Below, one piece after another: positions 22,949 through 36,100 of a DNA stretch of 64,000 nucleotides. The notes beneath the pieces were generated by a model. The model was not told where the DNA came from, did no database searches, and was given only the letters and a program-made list of their open reading frames with translations. Positions within the stretch are counted from its first letter, which is position 1. Each line of letters begins with the position of its first letter. This DNA is from Amoebophrya sp. A120. Lineage: Eukaryota > Protista > Dinoflagellata. A program made the translations under genes and the position numbers. The stretch covers positions 610,344 to 674,343 of the forward strand of contig CAJINV010000013.1 of assembly GCA_905178155.1 (NCBI GenBank), given 5' to 3'.

Positions 22949-25450
22949 TTAAGTACGTGGTGATGTTTTAAATGATACAACTCGAATGAACTTCAAAAAT
23001 AGTTTTTGCAATAGAAATACGAATTATACCGTGAATTTGTGTTTCAGAAATGAATGAATTGCACCAATGCAGCAGCATGGGATGGTACAGTCACAGATAA
23101 AAACCAGGAGTTGACTGTCTATCTCAACGCGTGCTCGGTATTCTTTTTACCTAGTAAAGCAACCACGAGATCGTCGATCGGGTTGTTGACACCGGTGTCG
23201 CTTCTTGTATCTGAATCTGTATGAAAATGAATTGCAAGAACTTCAACGAAGTAAAAACGCCAATGCACGACGAGTTGCGCCGGATTTCCTTTGTACTAGA
23301 ATCTACTTCTGCCTGTATTTGTTTGTCTTCTAGCGCGAGCAAACGAGTGTTCTGATTGATGTTACCAGACATCGAGTCAAAAAGATGAAATCAGAGAGAG
23401 GAGAAGAAGGCACTGCAAAAAAAAAGCCGTTCATGTGATACTACTGTTTAGTGTGTCTTCAAAGACGAGCGTTCATCTCTCCTTCACGACATACACAGGC
23501 TCCCACTATCTAATCACCATACTAGTTCATAGTGCTATTAGGTACTGCTACTGTTGTAAACTCTTTTCATCGCTACGCGCCTCGCCGCCTCTTACGCATG
23601 AAAAACCTTGCTATCTAGATCTAGTTCGTTTTTTCCCCCCATCGATCCTTTTTTACAAGCTCATTTCCATTTCCATCCTTGTCCGTTGCCATTGCACGTT
23701 GCACCTAAGCGCCTAGGTAAGGGAATTTTACCATACCATAGATATGAATGTCGCGTTTTAGCTCTTGGTCGAAGAATGAAAAAAATGTGTAAAAAATACG
23801 TATCAACCAACTATGTCCAGTGTCCAGATTATTTTGAGCTTGAGTACTCCATTAAAGATAGTGGTCGCATCGGAATTGAATCTGTTGAATGTAAAGACGT
23901 GGTCGTAGATCGAGACGCAAAAGAAAGAGCAGTGAGTACTAGGATCGGCCTCGTCGGATGAGCATGTTGAGTCTGAATCAGAGAAGTGGTCGACCTCGAC
24001 ATAATAACAGACGGTACTTTTTATGATTGAGGATCCCCTTACTAGAACACATCAAGATGAATGTCAAAGGGGTCCTCGAAGAAAGATAGAGCCAAGCTGT
24101 AGCATGTCGGGGAAATCAAAAAATGAAAAGGATCCGGGTCGTTACAACTGCTAGAAGATCAATACGTTTTCCTCGCATCTCAACATACTTCTTTCCTAAT
24201 TCGAGATATAATTTCTAGGCAGTGGCGACCAAATAACATTGAGAAGTGGATAGTTAGAATAGAGTGGTTTAGTACTATTTTCGTCACAAGCAAAATTTAC
24301 CCATAGCAAGCCAAGGAAGAACATTCCTACATCAACCCATTACTCTAAAATCTGTATTCAACATCAATTGCCCGCCTTGGTCCACCTCTAGCATCCCTTG
24401 TGGCTTTGAAACCAAGAAAATTTAGTAAAAGCAACTATTTTCTTTACCAAAGTCACATCGAGTTCGAGATACATTTACATTGGTGAGAACAACTTCTACC
24501 TTAACCTTTACGATGTCCCATATTAGTCCTCCCTTCCTTGGCCTGAAAAGGCATGTATGTAGTCACGATAGAACATCACAATGCTCACACGAAAATGGAA
24601 GTAGGTACAACACGAAAGAGGCTACTAAGCGATGAGATAATTGAATGTGGATCGCTGAATTAGTTCTAGCCACCAACGGAGTAGGTTAGTCGACTTCTCA
24701 GTTTCGCAGAAGATGAAGCCTTTGAACAACAACAACATCCCAAAAAAAATCTATAGTCACGAGGTACGCGACAAATTTTTGACTTTTGTATGGGAAAAAT
24801 AAAGGGCAAAAAGGGTTTGTATACTTTCGAGAACGATAAAGTCTTCCGCTTGTAAATTTTCTTCACATCAAAATAAAAAAATACCACCTCCACCAATCTC
24901 GCGTGTATTCCACGGGCGGCGAAAATAGTACTTACAAGTCGACGAGAGAGACTACATGACCACTTTCCTCGTCGGCTGCTAGTAAGAGCGCAGACGAGTA
25001 AAAAGTAGTACCTAAGCGGACCACTGCAGGGAGTCAGACCACACGACCGAAGTATTCGACATTCCATTGCTTCCATCGTCTTGCCGAACGTTCGGCTGAC
25101 GCGTGAGCACCAGTAGCTGTCGACTCAAGAATTTTGTCGAAGCAAAAAGGCGAACTTACAGCTCGGTCTCGGACTCATCAACAAATTGAAAAAGAACTAC
25201 AGCTTCTTGGTAAAAGCGGGCCTTTGGGTGATTGTGCGGAAAAACTACAGGTGTATCTTCGAAGAGACGTGAGCAACTTGGTTTCGACATCTTTGCTGAC
25301 GTTAATAATAGCGACAAGCGAGGACAGGTAGACGTCAAAAAATCAAGAACCATCTCCTTCGAAGACTGATTTTATTGAACAACACCACAACTCGACCGAG
25401 CAGCCGCTCCAGGAAGCTTTGAAAATACGGCGCTTACTACCTTGTTCAAA

Positions 25451-28400
25451 ATGCAGCATGACACCACGCTGTCGCTAGAGGCCCGAATGACGGCGGCCAT
25501 GAACGAGGGGTCCGCGGACGCGAACATGGGAGGTGCCGCTGCCCCCGGGACGACCACGCACGTTGCTGGAAACAGCAACGCTATTAACAACAACCAGCAG
25601 GACCCAACCGGTGCGCAGCAGCACCAGCAGTCTTCCCAACAACAACTCAGCGCGCTGCCCATCCCGTCGATGCAGGCAGGGCCGGGGACGATGGGCATCA
25701 TGCCGATTATGCAGCCGCAGCTCTCCATGATTCCGTCGGTGGCGCCAAACCAGCCCATGGTGTCCTTGTGGACCGCCACGTGGGCCCGGGAGAGTCACGG
25801 CTTGTTCGACTACGAGGCCCGGCATCCGATCAAGAAGCACTTCCAAGTCGCGACCCCGCTCACAATCTGCAGAAAAGGCACGGAAGTCACCACGGTCAAC
25901 GGGACCACGCAGGTAAGTACTCGGGTGCAGTAAAGTGTAATAATGCGAAAACATATGTAAGTTTACCACCTTTTTGCATCCAGAGCAAATTTTTGTCGCG
26001 CTCACGACCATGCTACGAAGACACAGGCCAGGAATTTTTCAAAAAAGCAAGATTTCAATTCAAATAATTACAACACAGGAAAGCGAGCCCCTCGCGCGAT
26101 TAGTGGTAAGGAACGGCGCTTTCTGCGTCGACGCGGCGAGGGTTGGTGACGGGCGAGTAAAGAGTGGCAAGTTGTGGCGAGTAGTCAAGGATCTAGAGCA
26201 CGGCTACAACCTGCAGGAGGGCGATAGCATCAAGTTGGGCAGATTCAAACTCCGCGTGCGTCAGATTGTGACGGGCGACCCCAATAGCCCGAATAATCCT
26301 CCGGAGGTACAAGACTTATACACACTTTCTTGTTGGATAATATTGACGACACTATGAATGTATAAAACTAAAAAATGTGTTACTAGAAGAAGATTTCATT
26401 CTCCTTGTCATCTCACTCCTGTTGCTCTACTGGTACTGCCTAGCAAATTGTACTAAACATGAACATGAAAAAATTATCCAGTGTGCCAACGTGAACCCAC
26501 CATCGTTGCCACCCCGTCCCTGCGACACGAGTGAGGAAGCCATAAAAGAGCTCGAGCAAACAACGTGCCGAATCTGCCTGTTAGAGGGGAGTTCGGTCGA
26601 GGATCCGCTGATTAAACCCTGCGAGTGCAGGGGTACGATCGAGTACGTGCACTTGGCCTGTCTGCGGCACTGGGTCCGGGGCAAATTGGACCTGGCGGAA
26701 AGCTCATCGGGAACTTATTTCTACAAGCCCATGGCCTGCGAACTGTGCAAGACCCAGTATGCCACGCACTTGCAGGTAATTAGTAATTCTTCTGATTTTG
26801 ATAGAAATGCAAGTAGTGCTACTGCAACAAAGTTGAGTTTGACGTTGTAATTCACTGCATTAAAACATTTTTTCTCTGGACCGTTTTCTTTGTTTCATTG
26901 TGGTTGTCCTTCTCGTCGACAAGAACCTGCACTAAAGATTCCGCAAAAATAAAATATCAGGACAAAGCGGACGCAAAGAACTGCTTCCCGTTAATCGAGT
27001 TACCCAAGACTACGCCACCTTTCATCGTGCTGGAGCGCGACAGCAACCGCCCAGAATTGAAGGGGGTGCACGTGATTTCCCTCGCGGAGAAAAAATTGTT
27101 GAAGCTCGGGAGAGGGCACGAGAGCGACGTCCGGTTTGCCGACGTCTCCATCAGTCGGTGGCACGCAAGTGTCCACTACGACGGGGAGAAAAATGCGTAT
27201 TGATCATCACTTTTTGTGGTTCTTGATGACGGTCGTACTGAGGCTGATTACGACAAGAAAGATAGTTCGCATTTTTCATTGCGCTTTCAGAGATACAGCA
27301 GGGGTTTTCAATGCTCGAGCATAAAAAACAATTGGAGACTTTGCTGAAATCCCACAAAACAAACGACCAGCTTCGTCCTCACGGATCACGGATCGAAATT
27401 CGGAACCTTAGTCGCCATGAAAACACCGGTGCCATTGGAATCCACCCAGGGATTGTCGCTGCAAGCGGGCCGAACAGTCCTCCATTTTACGCTGAACAAC
27501 AACCTAGGCGGCAACGCTGGGGCACAGCAGCTACAGCAATTAGGTATAATGAAGTACTCACATACTACAACAGGCTGTGACTTGCTATTTGTATGTTTAT
27601 TTGGCAGTGAAGTAGGAGGTGAAAGCCAAAATTATTTTCTGGGGCGCAATGTTCTTGAGTCCAGTTTGTAGTGATCATGCCAGCAATATAAGGCATTTCC
27701 ACTGGTGTCTACATTCATGATCCATTGAAGATTGTTGAAGTACCCAAAAAATGAACCAGGTCTGCAATCTTTCGGAAACATCGTGAATGTGCAGCACGAG
27801 GCGGACTCGACTTCTCAGTCTAACCCGGTGGAGCAGCCAGCAAGCAATATTGACATGCAGCCCGTCTCGTCAGCCGGGAACCAATCTGTTAGCGCCGGAG
27901 GGGCGAACAACAGCGGATCAGGGATGCAGGGTAAGGCTGTTTTGTCTTCATCGTTGCATGGGATAGATTTGCATAATAATTCGCTTTGACATCTAAACTT
28001 CATGTGGAACATTCCTTGATACAACATATAATCTTCACGACGGCATCATACATGAGTTGACGAGACCCTATCACAAAAATGAAGTAACAAACACAACAGC
28101 CACGCTGAGCAACTTTCCGATGTTTCAGAATGCGGCCGGACAATTTCCCTTGATCGGCAACCTTCTGGGTAATCAGCAGCATCAGGGACAGGTATTGCTA
28201 TACGTGACGTTGTCGTAAAAATGCATGACGATGCGTCAAGATTGAATTTCAATTTTTCCGTGACGTAATTTGTGACTCGGAAGTAGGGGAGATTGCAATG
28301 AAGATCAGATCAAAATATCTTTCCGGTGATCCAACATGAGAGATCATGACCAGCACGAAAACCAGCAGCGCTACTAACTTTATCAATTTATTCCAGATAA

Positions 28401-29044
28401 TGGGAATGGGCACACCGGGGTCGCAGCCCGTGCAGCCCGGAAGTGGTGGTCCGCCGATGAACTTTGGCATCCAGCAGAACATGATGGGCCAGAGTCCGGG
28501 GTGGGGCCCGCCCGCGAACCTCCCGGGACACCAGCAAATGGGGCAGCCAAGCTTCTTCCAGCACCAACCGACCATGTTTGGTTCCAGCAGCCAACCCGGA
28601 GCTGCCCCAGGGAACCAACAGTCCTCCGGGGTCGTGCAGCAACCGGGAACGAGCGGTCAGCAGGGCATGAACAGTAACCCGTCAGGCGGGGCACCGCCGG
28701 GGGGTGTGATACCGCAAAATAACGCCGTCGAGGACCACGATGCGCTGTTGGCGTTGCGTTTATCCCTTCTCTCCCACAACAGCGCAGCCTACCATCTGCA
28801 GCACAACGTGGGTCAGAACGCACAGCAGAACCAGCAGCAGCACGCCATGATGGCACCAGCGGCCGCGGGGAGCAATAATAACGCCGGGGGGAGCAACAAT
28901 GCGGGCAGTCAGACTCAGAACGCTAACAGTAATCAACAAAACAGTAACCAAAATCAGACGCAGTTTTTTCAACAATCTCCGATGGAGGGACAGACAAACC
29001 AAGAGTCCGGCGAGGATCATCCAATGACCTCGTTTGATTCCTAA
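25451..29044 (+). CDS. FHA-domain + RING-CH (RINGv, MARCH-type) E3 ubiquitin ligase with Q/N-rich tail; exons 25451-25912, 26079-26306, 26482-26775, 26961-27196, 27371-27543, 27760-27930, 28100-28191, 28397-29044
   Basis: C4HC3 motif CRICL..PCECRGTIEYVHLACL..W..CELC. FHA motif LGRGHESDVRFADVSISRWHA..LTDHGSKFGTLV. Seven in-frame GT-AG introns (166-216 nt). Confidence 0.9.
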
Positions 29045-32000
29045 GAAGGCTTGTCTGCTGAAGAAAAGGAAAAAAACTTCGAAACTGTGACTAGATTTTT
29101 TCAAATTACGAAAAGTTGATCAGATCTGACTATAAGTTTATCCCCCGAGAAGAATTTTTATCCCCCCGGATCATGGAGCGAACTATACGAGGACGGCATC
29201 CACTATTTCAGAACGCCCCCGCGTCAAAAGTTTTCCCCCGCGACGAACATTCCCGACTACAGCAAAAAATGCTTTATTTGTGCTTACGAGGACGGCTCCC
29301 CACAGTGCTTTTTCTGTACAAGAACAAAAAATATTCACGTCTATGAAAATAAAACCCATCAGCTAGGGCGGGGTGCGTGTTTCTTTAACTTTACATCACC
29401 CCAAATACTCATCCCAATGTGATCAAGTAGTTCTACCCGTATTTATTGCCGGTTCTGTTTCAGTTTCTAGACCCGCGACCTTTACACTCTCTTCATCAGC
29501 AGCTTTTCCAGATTTTTTTACGGACGATACGAGGGCGATCTGATGAAAAACGGAAAATCGCCTTCTTGTATCTTCTCAGCGCTTGTTATTCTTTACAGTT
29601 TACTTAATTTAATCAGCGAAAAACTTTACTTTTAACACAAAATCGGACAAAAATTCACACTTCTAACTAACTAATTCAAATTCATAGCAACCAATTCAAA
29701 AGCCAAGAAGCATCGAATTCAAACGCGTTTCGTCTCCCCCTTTGGGTGAGGGTGTCGTAGATGTACTTTCGTCTAGTATGGGAATAATTACGACAGAGAT
29801 ACTTCTCTCTGCAACTATTCGGCTGCAAAAACTGCCACAAGGAAGTTATCGACCAGTTGTCAATTATTTGTGGATGAACGCCCGTTTAGGAGGAGTGTGC
29901 TGGCGCTTCGACTACGTGCGGCTGCGTCGCCCTCGTCCATCTAATCCCGGGAAACGAAATATTCGTCCATCGATCTGCTGCAGCAGGTACCCAGTATCGA
30001 TGAAACTGCACTGCGATTACACGACGAGAAACCACACGCGAGATACGAGCAACTACTCATAGAATTCAAAGCAACAAGAATAAACGAGAACTACGAATAA
30101 AGAACCAAGGACAATTACATTTTCAGTTAAGAAAGAATTTGATGTTTTGTGACCACAAGATAAGCGTAGGCGCCAGGTTGGTAGAACAGCTCAGGGTAAA
30201 AATACATTTGTATACACCGGAAGCAGGCAAAAATAGGGCACGAGATGGAGATAAGATATGGTGACATCCTTTTCATCGCGTGGGGTTCCTCCGCATCCAC
30301 CATTGCTGCCGATTTATTTTCAACTTACGACAAAATACTATCAGCTTAAAATGGCGAAAATTTTTCTACTATGGATCGATATTTATCTCCGGCATGACTT
30401 TGTAGTTTTGGAAAAATTTATGGACGACTGTTGTATCTGTAGCAGTACCCTCCAGCAGAGAAAATGTGTAGGATAATGAGATGATGTTCGGACGAAGCAA
30501 AAGCATGTACATGTTCTCCACGTCCCCGACAATGTAAGTAGCCACCAGAATCCACACTTTTCTAACTACTTCTGATTTTTGCCTTTCAGCGGAAACAAGC
30601 AAACGACCGTACGACCGCTCTACTGGCAAAAATCAATAAGAAGTGCAGCCACCTGCTGACAACGAACTTACAATTTTCTACACAGGGCCTGGACCATTTG
30701 GATGTTTATTCAAATCGGATAGGTTGGTAGCGGTAGGGGTACACGGTACAGCTAGAGGTATGATGACGAAGTAGTTTTTTACCCAGCAGACAGAAATTTT
30801 GCAGCCCGCACAGAAAGAAATGATTTTTGACGTTTGTGCCGTCATGCAGATGTCATAAATTAATATCCTAATCCTGTGTGTGGCTCTTTTTCTAGGTTCA
30901 AGTTTGGAAAAAACTCACAATCAATATTGTTCCTGTGGTCCTGCAGATCAAGCCTTTTCGCCGCTTTTTTGTAGTTATTTTTTGTACATCTTCTTCAACG
31001 AACATCTATTCGATTTTCCAGCTGCCTGACCAGACTCAAAAGTACTGCAAGCTGAAAATGCTTCCACTGCAGGGACGGTTGTTGACCGATTATACACTTT
31101 TTAGATGCAACTTTTATCCTGAGAACAAGAATAAATGCGAAAAAATGGACCGGCGTAGCCCGCATAAGAAAATTCTTGTTTTCAACGGCTAGTCCACCTC
31201 TAGTCGTGGATATTAACGCATAGCGTAGTAGAATCTAAATGCAACGGAAGCTACAATCAACCTTAGCCACTGTGATGTTGCGCTCCCGCTCGGTATACCA
31301 ATTATATCCCTGGAGGAAGTCGTAGAAGAGAAAGCAGCATAGAGACTACTTCTACCGAAAAATATATGAAATCATAGACACTAGTTCTATACCCTGTCCG
31401 AGAAAAGGCAAAGATGAAGAAAATATAATTATAAACGAGATATGATTATTTTTACAACAACTACACCCTGTACCTTATTTTGTGATTGTGAGTTTGATAT
31501 GTTATTCTTTTACAGTTGTGTAACGGATCTTTATCCGATCTTGGGACCTCCAGCATCTTCATGAGGAGATTACGATGTGGACTACTTCTAAGCGACATTC
31601 ATTTCAATCCTATCGAAAGCCCAAGCCCCCCACTTTTTGGAACTGGATGAGTTTAGGAACAGGCGACAGCAGTGTTACGACTTCGACGAGAAAGAAAGTG
31701 CGACAACATAGTATTCAGGAAGAATGTCAGGTGCCGGTTGTGGGCTCGCACAGTGTGAGTGCGAAGTTGTTCGCGGTCGCGCCTCCATAACGATAACGTA
31801 GTGGGCGATGATTTGTAGTCGGCGGCTTTTCTGTAATGTAGTGCTTCTAGTGCTTTATGAAGCAGAACGAGAACCTCAACCTTCGAATAGCAATAGAGCG
31901 CAAGACGTCCTCTGTGTCGGGCTTCTGCGCAAGATAAGTATTCAGTTTTCTTTGAGCGCTGTCGTAGTCCACCTCCTCGTTCAACGCTGCATTGTAGCCT

Positions 32001-32190
32001 TTTCTTGTCGTTCGTCTTCGTCCACGTTCTTCACTGCTTCGTTCAATAATGATAATCGTTTTCAGTCGTGCCACCTACCAATTTCGTAAAATCATTACAT
32101 GCAGTTCGTGATCCTTATGTCGTGAAGCTGCGAACATGACGACCTTAGCAAAAATCCAATGACTCGTCAGCGAGTTAGAGCAACTAATGA

Positions 32191-33081
32191 CCAGATCATA
32201 GCATTGGATCAATTGATTTGTCAATCTTTTCACCGCTCCAGACAGTGATACTCAGCTTGCTCCTGTCGTTGCAGCTTGCTGTGTCGCTTAACACTTCAAC
32301 CCTCACCCCGTTGGAAATCGAAAGTTTCAAGAGCAAGAAAGGCAAAGGGTACTGAAAGAAATAGTTTTATTTCTCGTTGTTGTAGTGCGGCATTTACGTT
32401 AACTGTTTTAAGGAGCTCCTAGCCATACTTCCTTACGAGGACGCGAGTCACGTATATTTGGGCTCTTCACGACCACTTCACTTCTACAAAAAAACCTAAA
32501 CCTCAGACCTCGCCCCAACGAACGCACCGGTCTAGGAAAAATGGCTCGTCTTATCCATGAGTCCTTGCTGCCGCAACGGACTAGAGGAGCGGTGCGATCT
32601 CCACATGGGCAGCACCTCTCGCCGCACAGTGCCTCACTTCAATTCACAAGCGACGATGAGGTGGGCATGGCGAAGCAGAACCAGAAGATGAAGCCTGCGC
32701 TGGACGCTTCTACTGCCCTCAACCAGGTATATTAGAATTAGCTACCTCCTGCGTATGTAAGTATTTCGTTCACATTTTTCAGTATGACTTTGACTTTCAC
32801 ATCACCCGTCGAGAGCCAGATTGCGCAGACAGGAAGAGGCTGCGCAACCTCGCGAAATGGACCCGATGGGGGTGCCGCCATCTGTGGCCGTATTTTTACT
32901 TTTTCTCGCACGTTTTTTGCTACAATTTTTGTTCCAGATCCAGCGCAAGTAGAAATGAGAATGACGATCGCCACTGGTGATCAGCATAGCAGAGATTTAT
33001 CACATATGGAAAGAAAATATTACCTCGATCTTCAGGTACCAGCAGGGCGAAGCAAGTCGACCTTGGAGCACACTGAGATAA
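32191..33081 (+). CDS. Possible small secreted protein or gene fragment related to the downstream Cys-rich gene; start not found
   Basis: Hydrophobic leader VILSLLLSLQLAVS. In-frame GT-AG introns 32349-32506, 32727-32782, 32890-33035. RKRLRNLAKWTRWGC resembles RRKGLALYTQAMC and RREGLAKYTQAGC downstream. No in-frame ATG before the leader. Confidence 0.35.
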
Positions 33082-33137
33082 AGACACTCAAGCACTGCAG
33101 TGTTCTTGCCACGTCGTCGACCGGACCGTCACGCCCC

Positions 33138-36100
33138 ATGCCAGCGAAGGTCAAAAAGCAACTCAAATTTCTTTCCTTGACGGCACCTGCGCTTTTCCTT
33201 TTCCTCGACCAGCTGCTTCTTGACGGGAAGATTTGGGACGTTGAAGTTTCCGCGTTTCGCCTCTTGTCGAAGCAGACAGCCAAGAAGAGTCGCAAAGCGA
33301 AGAGAATCGGCACGAAAGTCCTTCCAGAACGACACCCGCGGCCGAAGAAGAAAGAAGTCGAGATGCTGCTGCAGGCTTCCCGTTGTTCTCTGTGGTCAAC
33401 AACACAGCGGATGTGGAACACGACGAACAAGACGAACTTGCTGAGACTTCTGACGAAACCGGAACTCAGAACAAGGTTGTTGCTGTTGCAACCAGCTTCG
33501 TGCGGCTGGACGCGGGTCGAGCCGGATGAAGCGAGACGATGGTGGGTCTGACGGTGGCCGAAGATGAAGAAATAACTCGCATGCGGAACGACATTGAATC
33601 GTACGCGAAGGCAGTCTGTCATTTGCTTGGTGAGTCGGATGTGTGCGAGAACAAAGGGCTTCGGCCCAAGTACTTTCCTGATCCGGACAGTACCCGTGAA
33701 CCCTCGCACCACCTGTTCAAGAACTACTTCTCGCGTGGCCAAATTTGCAGCTCTACCTTGGCCGGAGATTGCGTCCCAAAGTGGTTGACCGCTGATGACA
33801 TCACAAAAGGAGGCAGCACATCCAAGCAGGTTTTGGAATTACCAGATTGAAAAAAAGGTTCCAGCCCAGGAAGTAGAATACTACACGAGCGAAAGTACAG
33901 AAATAAGATGCGTGTTGTTTACCGCGAAGTGGTAATGTTATTAGTAGGTCATGATCATGCAATGAAAGAAACACCGAAGCAGGGCGATGAAGGCAAACGA
34001 AACCGGGCCTTCAGGAGTACTTACGCTTGTTTCTGGATCATTGATTCTACGTAATGTGCAATACAAAAACTACATCACATGCACCCCGCGATGGCGATTG
34101 ATAATGAAACTATGTTCTGATGACTTTTCTTGGGCAGGAGCGCTTTTCAACAGGATAGCCGAAGGCGACCGGTGACACCGTGACAGCCTTGTGGGAGAAG
34201 ATGCACGGCTGGTGCAGTCAGGGCACGGCAGGAGAAACAAAAACGGACGATGAGATTGTGCAAGCTGCCTGCCGTGAGATTTGGGAAGATGAAGCAGGAA
34301 CAAGCGAAGCAGGCCACAGTGCCTCTGAACAAGCAGAGGACCTGCAGGACGAGATGATCCGCCGCCGGAAAGGGCTGGCGCTCTACACACAAGCAATGTG
34401 TGGCACAAAGGTTCCGGAAGACAAAAACGACAAAAAGATTTGCGATGGATCTGAGTTTTCCAAGTTTTTTCGGGGTCTTAAGAGGAACCCGTTCCGCGAC
34501 TTACTCATCAAAAACAAAGGGAAAAGTTTGGTGTGTAAGGCAGAACCACCAGAAGACGACTCGGGCACGAATGGGTGGTCTTGCCAGGAGTCAGTGTTCA
34601 CGGAGAGCGTCCTCGAAGATGAACAACAAGTAAAGAAGGAACAAGTGAACTCGCTTTGGGACGCTGCGGAAACGAACTGCCAATCAAGTGATCATTTCGA
34701 CGACGCGTGCAAGCACATTCTTGGCGAACAACAAACTTCCGCACAGCAAACGGGCGGCATTTCCTCCGCGGCCAAGCCCAACCGGCAGGCTGAGCACTAT
34801 CACAAATTTCCTGCAGACTATCAGAAATCGGCTCAGAAAATGGCGGAAAAGATTGAAAGTCAACTATCACAGCCAGCAGCTGCTATTGCTATGGCGGAAC
34901 ACCAGAAAAAGCTGGCGCAAAAGGTGCGAAATCAAGGACTACCACAGACAGCAACTGGAACTGCTGCTCCGATTCTGAACCACCGCCGGGAAGGGTTGGC
35001 GAAGTATACCCAAGCAGGGTGTGAACGTGACGAAATATTCGCGAAAGAGAAACGGGGCATGCAAGTTTGCGCTAACGCTCACTTTGTTAAGTTTTTCCCG
35101 GGTCTGCAGAGGAGCGACTTCAGCGAGGTACTCTTCGAGGCGGCAGGAGGTTGGTTTGTGTGTGAACCTTCAGAAGACGAGGAACATCAATCCACTTGCC
35201 AGTCAGTCTTCACGGAGAGCGTCCTCAAGGAACAATTGTCGGTGGAGCAGGTGTATCCTGTGCAAAAATATCATACTCGTATCGGCTCTTGCATGACAGA
35301 TCTACTTCTTTTTTACCTGAATCTGCATCATAGATTTCAAGTTTTCGCTTTGAAAAACAAAAACTTGCAAAGCATTTGATTCTTAACAGTCGTACTTTCC
35401 TAATGCGATAGCGATACTTTTGCAATGCATAGATTGAACGCACTTTATGACGCTGTGGAAACGAACTGCCAATTTCCCTCCAGTGATTTCGAAAACGCGT
35501 GTGAGCACATTCTTGGCGAACAACCTTCCGCAGAACATTCAGTGTCACACAGCCCCGCTCGCCGCCTTCGAGAACATTCTTCAGTGCCGCACACGGCTGG
35601 GACCTCGCCGCCACCTTCGACGAACACGGTGCCCGCCCCGTCGACGCCGGAACCGGAACTACAATCGACGTGCGGCCAACCCATATGGGATTACCAGTAC
35701 CACATTGCGCCAGAAGCCATGCGACGGCTCCTTTATGCTGGAATGAAGGTACAAGACATTCGCTCGACGTTATTAAATAAAAGGTGGATGGCCGGAGTGT
35801 TTGCAGCGGTGCATGGGGGACCAGAAGTGCACTGCGTGGACTTTCAACGAAAAAACGCCGGTGGGTGGCGGTGATTGCATCCAATTTCCTACGTCTTCTC
35901 TCACAAAGACACCAGCTCCCCCGGAGAAAGGGAAGGGCCGCTGGATCGCGGGTATATGCAAAACGGACGCTGTCAAGGACGAGGAAATTCCGTGCAGCGA
36001 TGGCCACGACTGCATGGCGCAGCCGACCGCACGGCCGCCATCGTGGTGGAAGCACGACGTTCCAAATTTGGGTTGTGACGCAGACGTGATATCGGACGAA

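Noticed and set aside
22949-25450. Possible transposase or retroelement remnant in the gene-free gap (also 29045-32190)
   Set aside because: Only short ORFs, with no DDE, RT or integrase motifs recognised. No autonomous element for the introners is visible in this window.
33035-33530. Four in-frame TGA codons suggesting stop-codon reassignment or a selenoprotein
   Set aside because: Multi-kb ORFs elsewhere have no internal stops and use TGG for Trp. The first three TGAs lie where another frame (signal peptide from 33138) is the better reading.
35749-35783. 35-nt GT-AG mini-intron flanked by aaggt repeats
   Set aside because: Removal does not restore the PAN-module frame. A 1-nt indel explains the paralogue alignment better.
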